Shown here: positions 20,743 to 31,068 of the stretch, one piece after another
Numbering within the stretch: position 1 is the first letter of the stretch
Layout: every line of letters starts with the position of its first letter
Made by a program: the position numbers and the translations under genes
The notes under the pieces: generated by a model
What the model was told of the DNA's origin: nothing
What the model saw: only the letters and a program-made list of their open reading frames with translations
The model's database searches: none
Assembly: GCA_965217115.1 (NCBI GenBank)
Contig: OZ244239.1
Location: 1,152,001 to 1,216,000, forward strand
Direction: 5' to 3'
Length of the DNA stretch: 64,000 nucleotides
DNA from: Bdellovibrionales bacterium
GTDB taxonomy: Bacteria > Bdellovibrionota > Bdellovibrionia > Bdellovibrionales > CAYMLA01

Positions 20743-22059
20743 ATGGAAATAGCAGTTATAGGCACAGGGTATGTTGGACTAGTAACAGGGGCATGTTTCG
20801 CGAGTATTGGTCATTCTGTAACCTGTGTAGATAACAATCAGGAAAAAATAGCTAATATCAATAATGGACATATTCCTATATATGAACCTGGATTAAAAGA
20901 CCTATTGAAAGTAGTTCGTGTGCGGATGAAGTTTACAGAAGAATTTGTTCAAACAGTGAAAGACCATAATGTGATTTTTTTAGCAATTGGAACTCCCGAG
21001 AGAAGTGAAGGTGGAGTTGATATAGAAGCGTTAATGGTAGTAATGAGAAGTATTGCTGCTAATGCAAATAGCAAGAAATTTGTGATTTTGAAGAGCACTG
21101 TCCCTATTGGCACTGCCGAAAAAATGAAAACGTTTTTTACACAAAATTGCCTTTATGAAATAGAGGTTATTAGTAATCCTGAATTTTTAAAAGAAGGAAT
21201 GGCGGTTAATGATTTTCTACACCCAGACCGTGTGGTGATTGGTTGTCACACTGAGAAAGCTCGTAAGCTTATGGTAGAGATTTATACTCCTTTTGTTAGA
21301 AATCATAATCCAATTATTTTTATGAGCAATACTGCAGCAGAAATGACAAAATACGCAACCAATGCGTTTTTGTCAGTGAAGATTAGTTTTATTAATGAAC
21401 TGGCTCTTTTGGCTGACAAAGTGGGGGCAGATATCAATGATGTTCGTCAGGGGTTTACATCGGATAGACGTATTAACAGTTCTTTTTTTCACCCTGGAGT
21501 TGGTTTTGGAGGGAGCTGTCTTTCAAAAGATATTCATGAGTTACTCTTTACAGGGCAGAAGTTTGATCTACCCATTCGTACTGTGCAGGCAGCTGATGAG
21601 GTGAATAGCCGTCAAAAACTAATTCTGGCTCAAAAGGTTAAAGAGCATTTTGGTTCGAACTTACGTGGAAAGACTCTGGCTATCTGGGGGCTGAGTTTTA
21701 AGCCGCAAACGGATGATTTAAGAGGAGCTCCAGCGATACTCATCATCAAAGAATTGTTACAGGCAGGAGCGAAAATCAGAGCAACGGACCCGGTTGCAAT
21801 AGAGGCGGCAAAAGCGGTTTTTGAAGATGAAATCCAAGTATTTTCAGACCCCATAGATTCTTTAGATGGAGCAGATGCTTTATTAATACTTACGGAGTGG
21901 AGTGAATTTCATAATCCTGATTTTTCTTTGATGAAAGAAAAGATGAAGGAGCCTGTGATATTTGATGGACGTAATATTTTTAACCCAGCTAAAATGAATA
22001 AAGAAGGCTTCATCTATTACTGCATAGGAAGGAACGTACTATGTCAAAAAAAATCTTAG
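20743..22059 (+). CDS. ugd: UDP-glucose 6-dehydrogenase
   Basis: GTGYVG, SNPEFLKEG, GFGGSCLSKD (catalytic Cys), FDGRN. Confidence 0.95.
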   Translation: MEIAVIGTGYVGLVTGACFASIGHSVTCVDNNQEKIANINNGHIPIYEPGLKDLLKVVRVRMKFTEEFVQTVKDHNVIFLAIGTPERSEGGVDIEALMVVMRSIAANANSKKFVILKSTVPIGTAEKMKTFFTQNCLYEIEVISNPEFLKEGMAVNDFLHPDRVVIGCHTEKARKLMVEIYTPFVRNHNPIIFMSNTAAEMTKYATNAFLSVKISFINELALLADKVGADINDVRQGFTSDRRINSSFFHPGVGFGGSCLSKDIHELLFTGQKFDLPIRTVQAADEVNSRQKLILAQKVKEHFGSNLRGKTLAIWGLSFKPQTDDLRGAPAILIIKELLQAGAKIRATDPVAIEAAKAVFEDEIQVFSDPIDSLDGADALLILTEWSEFHNPDFSLMKEKMKEPVIFDGRNIFNPAKMNKEGFIYYCIGRNVLCQKKS

Positions 22060-22988
22060 TGGCTGGAGGAGCTGGCTTTATTGGAAGTCACTTATGTGAA
22101 TGGTTGTTGGATAAAGGGGATCAAGTTACGGCCATAGACAGCTTAGTAACGGGAAGTAAGAAAAATCTAGAACATTTATTTTCAAAAGGTCTAAAGTTTA
22201 TTAAGCAAGATGTGATCAAACCTTTTTTTTTGAACGAAAAATTTGATCAAATTTATAATTTAGCATCTCCGGCATCCCCAAAAAGCTTTGACAAGATGTC
22301 TCTTTATATTTTACGTGCAGGATCTATAGGTCACGAAAATTTATTAATTAAATCTAAGGAGTGGGGGGCAAGAATTTTATTTGCTAGCACTAGTGAGATT
22401 TATGGTGACCCTCTAGTTCATCCACAAAAAGAGACTTATTTTGGTAATGTAAACAGCATAGGAAGTCGAAGTTGTTATAATGAGGCTAAGCGCTATAGTG
22501 AGGCCTTAACGGTTTGTTACTCACAGGATTTTGGAGTTGAAACACGTATTGCACGTATTTTTAATACTTATGGCCCACGAATGGACTTGCAAGATGGACG
22601 AATTCTGCCCAATTTTTTCTCTCAAGCTTTAAATCTTCAGCCGTTAACAATTTATGGGAATGGATATCAAACTCGAAGTTATTGTTATGTGATGGATATA
22701 GTGAAGGGTTTGCATTTACTTATGAATAGCAATGAAAGTCGTCCTGTAAATTTAGGTAACTCCTTGGAGAAGACAGTTTTGGAGATAGCTGATCTTGTAA
22801 GTAAATTAACAAGGAATAATCAACCATACCTTTTTCTTCCTTTACCAGAGGATGACCCTAAGCAACGTTGTCCAGATATAACTCGAGCGAAAGAGGTTTT
22901 AGGGTGGGAGCCTAAAGTTGAATTAAATGCGGGTTTAAAAAAAATGCATGCTTCTTACTTAAGGGGCGGTTCCCCCATCCGACTGTAA
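22041..22988 (+). CDS. UDP-glucuronate decarboxylase (UDP-xylose synthase) family SDR
   Basis: GGAGFIG, NLASPASP, ASTSEIYGDP, RSCYNEAKR, RIFNTYGPRM, DDPKQRCPDI. Confidence 0.92.
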   Translation: MSKKILVAGGAGFIGSHLCEWLLDKGDQVTAIDSLVTGSKKNLEHLFSKGLKFIKQDVIKPFFLNEKFDQIYNLASPASPKSFDKMSLYILRAGSIGHENLLIKSKEWGARILFASTSEIYGDPLVHPQKETYFGNVNSIGSRSCYNEAKRYSEALTVCYSQDFGVETRIARIFNTYGPRMDLQDGRILPNFFSQALNLQPLTIYGNGYQTRSYCYVMDIVKGLHLLMNSNESRPVNLGNSLEKTVLEIADLVSKLTRNNQPYLFLPLPEDDPKQRCPDITRAKEVLGWEPKVELNAGLKKMHASYLRGGSPIRL

Positions 22989-23469
22989 GCCGAAATTTGA
23001 GTCATGTGGTGTTAAGCACATAGCATAGAGTTGTCCTTCGATGCAAACTCCATTGGAGTGAGCATGCCTAAACTGCTGTGTGGGTTATAATTATTATATC
23101 TGTCGTGCCATTCATTGATCTTGTTGATACCGTCATCGAGATTAAAAAACAGGTGCTCATTTAGGCACACAGCCTGCAAACGCGAAAAGAACTGGTTTTG
23201 TATCGCTCCTTTAAATATTGCGCCTCAGTCCTTTTAGCTTTGGGCCTCACCATTTTTTTGAATTTACATCCCTTAACATTTGGCAATCTAGACTGAGATC
23301 AGCAACCAGTCTTTTAAGGCGAGTGTTTTCTTGCTCGAGTTGTCGAAGCCTTTGCGCTTTGATGATCTGTTCTTCTGTAAATCGTTTCTTCACTTGATTC
23401 TCCTTGGTGTCTTTTGACACGTCTAGACTCAAATTTCAAGTTTCTCAGTTTTTTTGAGGGAACCGCCTT
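22963..23469 (-). mobile_element. Internally deleted IS3-family element remnant
   Basis: Imperfect IRs (GGCGGTTCCC...GAAATTTGAGTC at both ends); OrfA fragment KRFTEEQII...LKRLVADLSLD (23247-23432); integrase C-terminal fragment CLNEHLF...YNNYNPHSSLGMLTP (~23040-23180). Confidence 0.85.
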
Positions 23470-23583
23470 GGCGTAATTATAAATAGAAAACTCCGAACTG
23501 ATTCTAATTGCAAAGTTGCAACATTAAGTTTTATCTAAAAATTATGCCTTGTAATTATTATATATTTTTTTTAGATTGAGGAA

Positions 23584-24291
23584 ATGTCTCGATTATCTGT
23601 GATTATTCCTTGTTTAAATGAAGAAAAAGCGATTGACCCAGTACTTGATCGTTTTTTGCACTTTCAGCATCTTTTATTAGAAAAAAAAATAGTCACTTAT
23701 ATCGAATTGATTGTTGTTGATGACGGATCTTACGATAGATCAGCGGAGAAAGCTCGTACTCACAGAAGTAAGCCGATAGTGATTAAAAATCTATCAAATC
23801 TTGGCTACGGTGGCGCGATTAAAGAAGGGTTGAAGAGGGCATCAGGTGATCTTTTAGCGTTTTATGATATGGACTTCACATATGACTCTTTAGATTTGAT
23901 AGAAATGATTAAGTGTATGAATAGAGAATCAGTGGATGTGGTTTGTGGAGACCGACTTTCACATGTTAGTAAAATGCCTTTTATTCGCATGGTAGGAAAT
24001 CAATTGTTTGTTTTTACGATGAAAACACTATTTGGAAAGTCTTCTAAGGATTGCTGTACAGGTTTGAGGCTTTTTAAGGCTGGTTTGAAAGAAGAGTTTA
24101 TACAAAATTTGCCTAATGATTTAAATTATACATTGGCAATGACCATATATATGTATCAAAGAAAAATTGCTTTTAAAGAAATACCTGTTTCTTATTGTCA
24201 ACGTATTGGATGTTCAAAGCTCAGTGTTTTGACTGATGGACCGAGGTTTTTGTTTACAATTTTTTGGTATCATTTGAAAAAGTCCAATTAG
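23584..24291 (+). CDS. GT2 glycosyltransferase, DPM1/ArnC-like (polyprenyl-phosphate sugar synthase)
   Basis: IIPCLNEE, VDDGS, NLGYGGA, DMDFTY, EIPVSY..RIG.SKL. Confidence 0.85.
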   Translation: MSRLSVIIPCLNEEKAIDPVLDRFLHFQHLLLEKKIVTYIELIVVDDGSYDRSAEKARTHRSKPIVIKNLSNLGYGGAIKEGLKRASGDLLAFYDMDFTYDSLDLIEMIKCMNRESVDVVCGDRLSHVSKMPFIRMVGNQLFVFTMKTLFGKSSKDCCTGLRLFKAGLKEEFIQNLPNDLNYTLAMTIYMYQRKIAFKEIPVSYCQRIGCSKLSVLTDGPRFLFTIFWYHLKKSN

Positions 24292-25281
24292 TTCTCCCAG
24301 AGAGTAAAAAAAATGTGTTCCTAGGTAAAGAAAGGTCAAGTAGAATAATTGATAAATAAATGATATAGGCCTTTCTTTTATTGTTTGAATAAAGCTTAAA
24401 ATAAAGATGGAAATTACGTAAAACCCGAAAGGTATGAGGAAAAGTGGGTTTTTTGAGCTTAAACCTAAGGAAGTCATCATAATAAATATAAAAGCAAGAG
24501 GGAGGGTCTTCGTAAGGGGAAATTGATCAAAAGAGTGTTTTTCCAATATTTTTATTTGACCGAATCCAAAGCGAAACATACGACGACACCATGAGGTAAA
24601 GCAATTGTCGGTGGAATGTTTTACTTGTATATATGGAGTGATAAAAAGTAAAAATCCCTTTTTACGTAATCGCAAAGAGAGATCAACGTCTTCTCCTACT
24701 CGAGAAAAAAAGGAAGAGAAATTCCCCACCTTCAAAATAAAGTCTCTTTTATAAAGCACATTAGTTGTGGGTATATGAGGCACCTCAGTGATTTTTTTAT
24801 ATCTTTTTGCTTGAGGGGAGTTAAAGTGGCCAACAAAAGTTCCTGTCATTTTTTTTAAAGATTGATAATGCATATTTATAAAAAAACGATCATCTTGCTG
24901 TGGAAATAGGTTTTGTGCACCTATACCTGCAATGTTTGTGTGTTTTTTTAAAATTTGTTGATGTGCCTGCATCATTTTTTCTAACCAATCTTTTTCTGGT
25001 AGAGCATCTGAGTCAATAAAAGCAATCCATGGAGTTTTGCATATGTTCACAGCTTGTGCTCGGTTCTCACCGAGATTGTTTTTGTCTGTTTCTATATATT
25101 GAATCTTTTGTTGAGGGAAACTTTTCTGAGTAGCGATAACCAATTGTTTTGTGTTAGATGAGTTGGCAGCATCAAAAATGAGAATTTCTTGTGCCTTGAG
25201 AGTTTGATTGGATAAGCTTAAGGAGAGAGATTTAAGGTTCCTGTCATCTTTATAGGTAACAATAGCAACTGTGATGTCCAT
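24214..25281 (-). CDS. GT2 glycosyltransferase with C-terminal TM helices
   Basis: FIDSDA, GEDVDL, RMFRFG motifs. Confidence 0.85.
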   Translation of the reverse strand: MDITVAIVTYKDDRNLKSLSLSLSNQTLKAQEILIFDAANSSNTKQLVIATQKSFPQQKIQYIETDKNNLGENRAQAVNICKTPWIAFIDSDALPEKDWLEKMMQAHQQILKKHTNIAGIGAQNLFPQQDDRFFINMHYQSLKKMTGTFVGHFNSPQAKRYKKITEVPHIPTTNVLYKRDFILKVGNFSSFFSRVGEDVDLSLRLRKKGFLLFITPYIQVKHSTDNCFTSWCRRMFRFGFGQIKILEKHSFDQFPLTKTLPLAFIFIMMTSLGLSSKNPLFLIPFGFYVISIFILSFIQTIKERPISFIYQLFYLTFLYLGTHFFYSLGELIGLFQMIPKNCKQKPRSISQNTEL

Positions 25282-25292
25282 ATAATATAGCC

Positions 25293-26279
25293 CTACCTTT
25301 TTCGATTATGCCAATTCCAGGCTGATTGGCATATAGTTTCGATATTACTTTGCTGAGGAGACCAGTTGAGGACTTGTTTGATCTTTTGAATATTTGCCTG
25401 AGCAATAGCTGCTTCGCCAGGACGTCGAGGCTTTGTGATGGTGTTTATCTTTTTGAGAGAGATTTTCTCTAGAATATTAAGAACTGTTTTTATTGAATGA
25501 CCTTGACCAGACCCACAATTAAGAATTTGGTTTTCTTTATTTTTCTTTAAGTACTCAAGGGAAAGAAAATTGGCTCGTGCTATGTCATCTACGTGGACAA
25601 AATCGCGTACGCAAGAGTTATCGATAGTGAGATTATCGGTGCCATAAACTTCAAGAGCTATATTTTTTATAGCAGCTTGGCAAGCAATATCAATCAAGAG
25701 AGAGTACTTGTCTTTCAGTGGTCCAAGGGTTTGATCCAAGGAGGCTCCAGCTGCATTAAAGTAGCGTAAAGAGATGAAATTAAAGGGAGGATTCTTGGTC
25801 AGGAGAGATTGTTCGCTTAAGTCACGAAGAATCTGTTCTAACATAAGTTTACTGTGTCCATATGGGCTGCACGGCTGAAGAGAAGACTCTTCAATTACGG
25901 GCGATTCACATTGACCATATACGGCGCAAGAGGAAGAAAAAACAAAGTTATTTACTTTTTCATTGTAGACGGTTTCTAAAAATTTGACGGAATTTACAAT
26001 ATTATTTTGATAATATTTAAGTGTATTTGTTACGGATTCTGTGACCTTCAAGTGGGCTGCAAAGTGAATGACGGAGTCGATTTTATGTTTTTTACATATT
26101 TGAGAAATAAAATTTGAATCTTGTATTTCTCCCTCATAGAAAGGGACATTAGGAGGAAGGGTCTCTTTCTTTCCCTCACATAGATTATCGATAACTATGG
26201 GTAAAAGGCCTTTTTTTGTTAAGTACCTCACAGTATGGGAGCCAGTGTAGCCAGCTCCACCAGTTATAAGAATAGACAT
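25293..26279 (-). CDS. galE: UDP-glucose 4-epimerase family
   Basis: TGGAGYTGSH, IHFAA, YGHSK, LRYFNAAG, VRDFVHV. Start moved to ATG 26279 after GAGG. Confidence 0.88.
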   Translation of the reverse strand: MSILITGGAGYTGSHTVRYLTKKGLLPIVIDNLCEGKKETLPPNVPFYEGEIQDSNFISQICKKHKIDSVIHFAAHLKVTESVTNTLKYYQNNIVNSVKFLETVYNEKVNNFVFSSSCAVYGQCESPVIEESSLQPCSPYGHSKLMLEQILRDLSEQSLLTKNPPFNFISLRYFNAAGASLDQTLGPLKDKYSLLIDIACQAAIKNIALEVYGTDNLTIDNSCVRDFVHVDDIARANFLSLEYLKKNKENQILNCGSGQGHSIKTVLNILEKISLKKINTITKPRRPGEAAIAQANIQKIKQVLNWSPQQSNIETICQSAWNWHNRKR

Positions 26280-26589
26280 GTGCAACCTCGATGTCTTAGA
26301 AACAGGTTTTGTAAATAACACCGCGTGAAGTAATGTCAAGTTGACTCACCGAGGGCTTTAGTACCAGAACATAATTTCTTTTCAAACCGTACCAAATTTG
26401 ATGTCAGGAAGCATGTGTTATATCAAAGTTCTTTCGATTCTTTTCTGGACTCAATAGACTCCATTAGAGCGCGCGCGCCAAGTGAGGGGTGGGTCTCCAA
26501 TTGTTATAGCTACTAGAGTGATGCAAGTTTGACATTTAAAACTTTATTGAGTTCTAGATTTAGCTACAATCGTTCTTTTTACAAAACTT

Positions 26590-26935
26590 AATGCCTATCT
26601 AAAATAGCTACCATAAAATAAGTTAAGCTTTTAGAATATCTGAACAAAGGAGTTTTTTTGATGGCATAGAAGAAATACACGACAATTGGATTTTTTTTTA
26701 GGACAGTGCATAACAGGGAAAAGGCTAGAGAGTTGATTTGGCGATCCAAATTTTCTGGCAAAGACTTTATCTGCCCCAACTGCAAACATGAAGAGTATTA
26801 CCAATATAGATGTGAACCCAAAATCAGGAAATGCCAAGATTGCCATTCTTTGGTGCGGATGGATGAGGCTGGGAACGGCTCTAGAAAACTCTAAATTGCT
26901 ATTGAGAGTAAAGACTGGGTTGACTCGCAAGTCGT
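26590..26935 (+). mobile_element. IS1595-family remnant (end repeat plus Zn-ribbon transposase fragment)
   Basis: FICPNC...KCQDC...GTALENSK (frameshifted) Zn-ribbon; the same terminus recurs at 36787 and 38658. Confidence 0.75.
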
Positions 26936-27027
26936 GTTTCCTGTAAAATTATTATTTATGAGCCCATTAATAAGTACGTTCTTTATATTAATACAATAAG
27001 TACTTGGTGCTTTTAAAAAGTTATTAT

Positions 27028-28926
27028 ATGAAAAACATCCTTCTCTCTTTCGTTATTCCCACTCGTCATGCTAGATCTAAATCATTAGCAAGGCTTCTTG
27101 ATTCTATTGATAAAAACCCTCCTCTCGATGGATGGGAAATTATTCTTGTAGAAAATAACTCCGCGAAGCCTATTTTACATAACTCTCAAAGAAACCTTCA
27201 TTATATACACACAACAACTATCGGAGCCAATCATGCACGTAATCTAGGTATAAAAAAAACACGAGGTCAGTATATTTGTTTTCTCGATGACGATTGTGAA
27301 ATCCCCGCTTCCTTCATCCCTTATTTGAAAAAACTTATAAATAATTTTCCTAATGTCGATGCATGGGGAGGGGAATATATTTCCCCCGAATGCTTTCCTA
27401 ACTCTTTTTCATTGGCTTATTTTATTCTCTACAAAATTTGGTGGAAAAATATACTCAAATGGCAGATTCCTTTCCTTGTCGGAGGAGCTTGTATAATCAA
27501 AAAGAGTGCTCTGCAAAATATATCTTTTGAATCATCTCGACAATTTGGAGGCACAGAAATTAGTCTAATCTCTCAGCTACTCGACAATGGTTGCTCCATA
27601 AAAATCTCTTCTCATTTGCAAATTATTCATCATGTTCATATTTCTTTTAGTTCTTTTCTGCAAAAAGCCTATCTTCAAGGAAAGGGGAACCAAAATCCTG
27701 AAGCCCAATATTTTCAAGTTAAAACTCCGAAGCGTCACTGGAAAAACCAGCTCACTCAAGACTCTCTTTATCTAAAAGAACCGTTATCTATTCGTTTGAC
27801 CTTAAAGCCGTTACTTTACCTTTACCAATTTGTCTTCGACTATGGATTTTATGGGTCCTTTTTTAAGATTTTTGTTCGTCGCTGTGAGCCATTTTTTCAA
27901 ATGTATCTAACTTTTATTATGCGACTATTACAGTTATTTCAAACCTTATTACATAATTTAAAAGTAATACCTGCAAAAGGATATCACTCAACAATAGTCG
28001 TTCTTATGCGATTATCACAGTTGTTTCAAACTCTAACTTATAATTTAAAAGTAACATCATCCAATTTTGCACATAAAGAAAAACATACTCTCTCTTCCTT
28101 CTACAGGGAATTGCATGTCTATATTTTAAACTTGAAGCAAAAAAAACACTTTATTATACCAGAAAAATCGTGGAACAAGCGTCTTTTGAGTGGATGGGAG
28201 ACGGGTGAGTTTTATAACTTAGAAGAAATAAACAACGATCATTTTTTTTACTGGCCCTCCGATGCAGAAGAGGTTTTGCCGATCTTAAAAATAAAAAATC
28301 TTTATCTAATAATTGATAAAGACATTTTTTCCAAGCTTTATACAGATTCGAACCTTACGAATGCCGTGAAACAGAAAAATAAAATCCTAATGATTGATCG
28401 TGACATTTTCAATTTACTTCACCAAAGTGATTATTTGCAATGGGCGATTAAACAAAACTTTTATTTCTTTTTTCTCTATAATAGTAGTTTTTACCAAGGA
28501 GTCTATTGTTCATCTGAAGACGTTTTTAACTTGATTTATCAACATCACAAAATGAAAAATCCACCAGAAACTCTATTAAAAATGATTGAAGGGACAAATC
28601 AGAAAACTGAACAGAATATCAATCAAATAAATGAAGTTACAACTTATAACGAAGCTTCAATTCTTTTTCAATCTTCTCTGACAAAAAGTGATTACGTATC
28701 TTTATTTCCTTATCTAGGTCCTTGGAAAAACTTGAGAAGGTGTTTTCTAACAATCAATCAAAAACGCTCATCTTTCTTTTTAATTAACCCTATTCGTCTT
28801 CTTTTTCTTATGTCTTTCTTCATTTCTTATATAAAAAAACTTCCAATAACCAAGAAATACTCCAAGATAGTAAAGAAGACCCTGCCAGCGAAGATTCTTA
28901 ATAATGACACTTCTTCCGTAAAATAA
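27028..28926 (+). CDS. GT2 glycosyltransferase with long uncharacterised C-terminal extension
   Basis: SFVIPT, GANHARNLG, FLDDDC; about 350 extra C-terminal residues. Confidence 0.8.
   Translation: MKNILLSFVIPTRHARSKSLARLLDSIDKNPPLDGWEIILVENNSAKPILHNSQRNLHYIHTTTIGANHARNLGIKKTRGQYICFLDDDCEIPASFIPYLKKLINNFPNVDAWGGEYISPECFPNSFSLAYFILYKIWWKNILKWQIPFLVGGACIIKKSALQNISFESSRQFGGTEISLISQLLDNGCSIKISSHLQIIHHVHISFSSFLQKAYLQGKGNQNPEAQYFQVKTPKRHWKNQLTQDSLYLKEPLSIRLTLKPLLYLYQFVFDYGFYGSFFKIFVRRCEPFFQMYLTFIMRLLQLFQTLLHNLKVIPAKGYHSTIVVLMRLSQLFQTLTYNLKVTSSNFAHKEKHTLSSFYRELHVYILNLKQKKHFIIPEKSWNKRLLSGWETGEFYNLEEINNDHFFYWPSDAEEVLPILKIKNLYLIIDKDIFSKLYTDSNLTNAVKQKNKILMIDRDIFNLLHQSDYLQWAIKQNFYFFFLYNSSFYQGVYCSSEDVFNLIYQHHKMKNPPETLLKMIEGTNQKTEQNINQINEVTTYNEASILFQSSLTKSDYVSLFPYLGPWKNLRRCFLTINQKRSSFFLINPIRLLFLMSFFISYIKKLPITKKYSKIVKKTLPAKILNNDTSSVK
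27917..28054 (+). repeat. Degenerate 51-bp internal duplication (87-bp period)
   Basis: MRLLQLFQTLLHNLKV and MRLSQLFQTLTYNLKV at 27917-27967 and 28004-28054. Confidence 0.8.
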
Positions 28927-29643
28927 TTTTTCTTTATCAAAAGATCTTTTTGCTGAACCATGTAAGACAGCCCTTAGTAAAAAACTGGTAAAACTATGAG
29001 TACTACGATGATAAACACTCAAAGATAATAAGTCCTTAAATAACCAATAATCTCTATTGCCGTACATTCTCTCCATGACCTGCAGGGCCCTGAACTCCTC
29101 ACCACCAAAGTCATCAGAATCAGGAAAAAGCGCATCAGGTAGACTTTTTCTTTCTCCGATCCAATTCCCTGCAACAAGTGATAGCCTATGGCTTTTCAAC
29201 CAAGTGTTTACAACTTCATTGTATTGGCAGCCCCAGTAAGTTGTTTTGTCGTCTGAAAGATAGCCACCGCCAAAAACTTTCAAGTTTGGATGAAGCTTTT
29301 TTTTGTTCTTGTACCAATTCTCAATTCGAGAAAGAAAAGAAGCGTGGGGTAAAACACAATCATCATCTAAAAAATAAACCAATTCCCCTTGAGCTAATGA
29401 AAGTCCGAAATTACGCGCTCTACCTACTCCGGCTTCTCCGATATCAAACACTTGAATCCAAGCCAGATTTTCAGGTAATTTTGAACACAGACCTTTATAG
29501 CCATTTACTATAACGAAAACCTCTATGCGAAAATGAGGGTGCTTTTGTTCACAAATAGATAGAAGGCATGCTCTAAGACCTGGGCAACCTAAGTCTCTAG
29601 TTGGAATGACAATGGATATTAAATTTTTATCCAAGGAAACCAT
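28780..29643 (-). CDS. GT2 glycosyltransferase
   Basis: SIVIPT, GVGRARNFG, FLDDDC, FGGEE. Confidence 0.82.
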   Translation of the reverse strand: MVSLDKNLISIVIPTRDLGCPGLRACLLSICEQKHPHFRIEVFVIVNGYKGLCSKLPENLAWIQVFDIGEAGVGRARNFGLSLAQGELVYFLDDDCVLPHASFLSRIENWYKNKKKLHPNLKVFGGGYLSDDKTTYWGCQYNEVVNTWLKSHRLSLVAGNWIGERKSLPDALFPDSDDFGGEEFRALQVMERMYGNRDYWLFKDLLSLSVYHRSTHSFTSFLLRAVLHGSAKRSFDKEKLFYGRSVIIKNLRWQGLLYYLGVFLGYWKFFYIRNEERHKKKKTNRVN

Positions 29644-30986
29644 CTAGCAGCTTTTTTACATTGGCTCCAAAAACTTTTATATTCAGGAAAGACCTCTTCA
29701 AAAAAAATATGTTTTCTTTTATCGTACTCTACAAACATTTTATAGAAATCAGCTTGTAACATTTTTTTCTTTAAAAAATGAATTTTATTTTTTTTCATAT
29801 ACTCCACGACCCTGTTTAAACGATCTATTTCATCAGTATTAAAATTATTTTTTTTCATATATTCTACTGCTAAGGTTAAATAGGAGCTAAATGATTTAGG
29901 CAAAATAAATATGGTTAAATGTTCAGGGTTTCTCAGGTAGGGTGTATCCAAGTTAATTTGATGGCGATCAAAGGTTGTTCGTTGGTAGTGTATTTTCTTA
30001 AGAAGGCCTTTCAAGCCAGGTAAACTTAAAGCATTAACTGTGATCATGTAAGAAATAGTTATGGGCCACTTAACTCTTGTAAGAATTTTTTCGACATTCT
30101 CCATAAATTTTTCATACTGTAAACCAAAGCGAATATATTCAGCCTGCTTACCACAGGTATCTATACTAACGAATAACTGAAACACCTCAACTTTTCCCTC
30201 TAAAGCATTTATCTTCTCAATCAATCGATTAATTAAATTATCTGGCACTGACATATTTGAATTAACCGCTAATGTTAATTTTGGCTTAGGGTTTTTAATA
30301 ATATCATCTAATGTTCTCCACGTATGACTCGACAAGAGAGGCTCTCCTCCTGTGATTCGAAAGACTTTTAATGACTCTGACAGACTTGGCCACCACTTCC
30401 AGAACGCATTGTAATAAAATTCTCGGTCTTCTTTTTTCAAAGGGAGTGTTTTGTTTATTCTAAGATCATTGTATAACCTTGATGTTGGATAAGCTCCGTA
30501 TTGACGAATTTCTTCATGCCATTTACTCGAATAAGAGGGACTACAGTACATACACTTAAGATTACATGTGGACTCAAAAGCTATTTCCACATTAGTCGGG
30601 TTTAACAACGGGCCATCAGAGCTTTTTACAACCTCTTCAAAGTGTGGCCAAGCCCAAAAGCGACGGCTTTTATAAATTCGATCACTAATCTCACCAACTT
30701 TTTCAATGTTCCAGCAGTACTGGCACTCTTTAGGATAAACTCCTGAGATCATCTTCCGACGTTGTTTTCTTTTGTAAGAAGAATTGTGCAAGGCCCTCTC
30801 ATTATCACGGACTTCTTGAAAAGGAACTCGATGAGATCGAACGTGATGACAGCTTTGGGTATTGCCATTATACAAATGCAATGTGACCTGCGTCCATTTC
30901 GCCAAACAAAAAGACGGTGATACTTGATCGAGCTTTTTCTTAACTAGCTCTAGCTTTTCATATTCCATTAAAACAACCCATGGCAT
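29619..30986 (-). CDS. Radical SAM protein with N-terminal twitch-type auxiliary Fe-S domain
   Basis: CNLKCMYC motif, ITGGEP; N-terminal FCLAKW...SCHH...ECQYCW. Confidence 0.88.
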   Translation of the reverse strand: MPWVVLMEYEKLELVKKKLDQVSPSFCLAKWTQVTLHLYNGNTQSCHHVRSHRVPFQEVRDNERALHNSSYKRKQRRKMISGVYPKECQYCWNIEKVGEISDRIYKSRRFWAWPHFEEVVKSSDGPLLNPTNVEIAFESTCNLKCMYCSPSYSSKWHEEIRQYGAYPTSRLYNDLRINKTLPLKKEDREFYYNAFWKWWPSLSESLKVFRITGGEPLLSSHTWRTLDDIIKNPKPKLTLAVNSNMSVPDNLINRLIEKINALEGKVEVFQLFVSIDTCGKQAEYIRFGLQYEKFMENVEKILTRVKWPITISYMITVNALSLPGLKGLLKKIHYQRTTFDRHQINLDTPYLRNPEHLTIFILPKSFSSYLTLAVEYMKKNNFNTDEIDRLNRVVEYMKKNKIHFLKKKMLQADFYKMFVEYDKRKHIFFEEVFPEYKSFWSQCKKAARWFPWIKI

Positions 30987-31068
30987 GTCGCGCCAATGTC
31001 CAGGGCAACATCGCTACAATAGAAGAGCTCTGATACCTCAAAAGAATTTATGAAACAATAGCTTTGTT

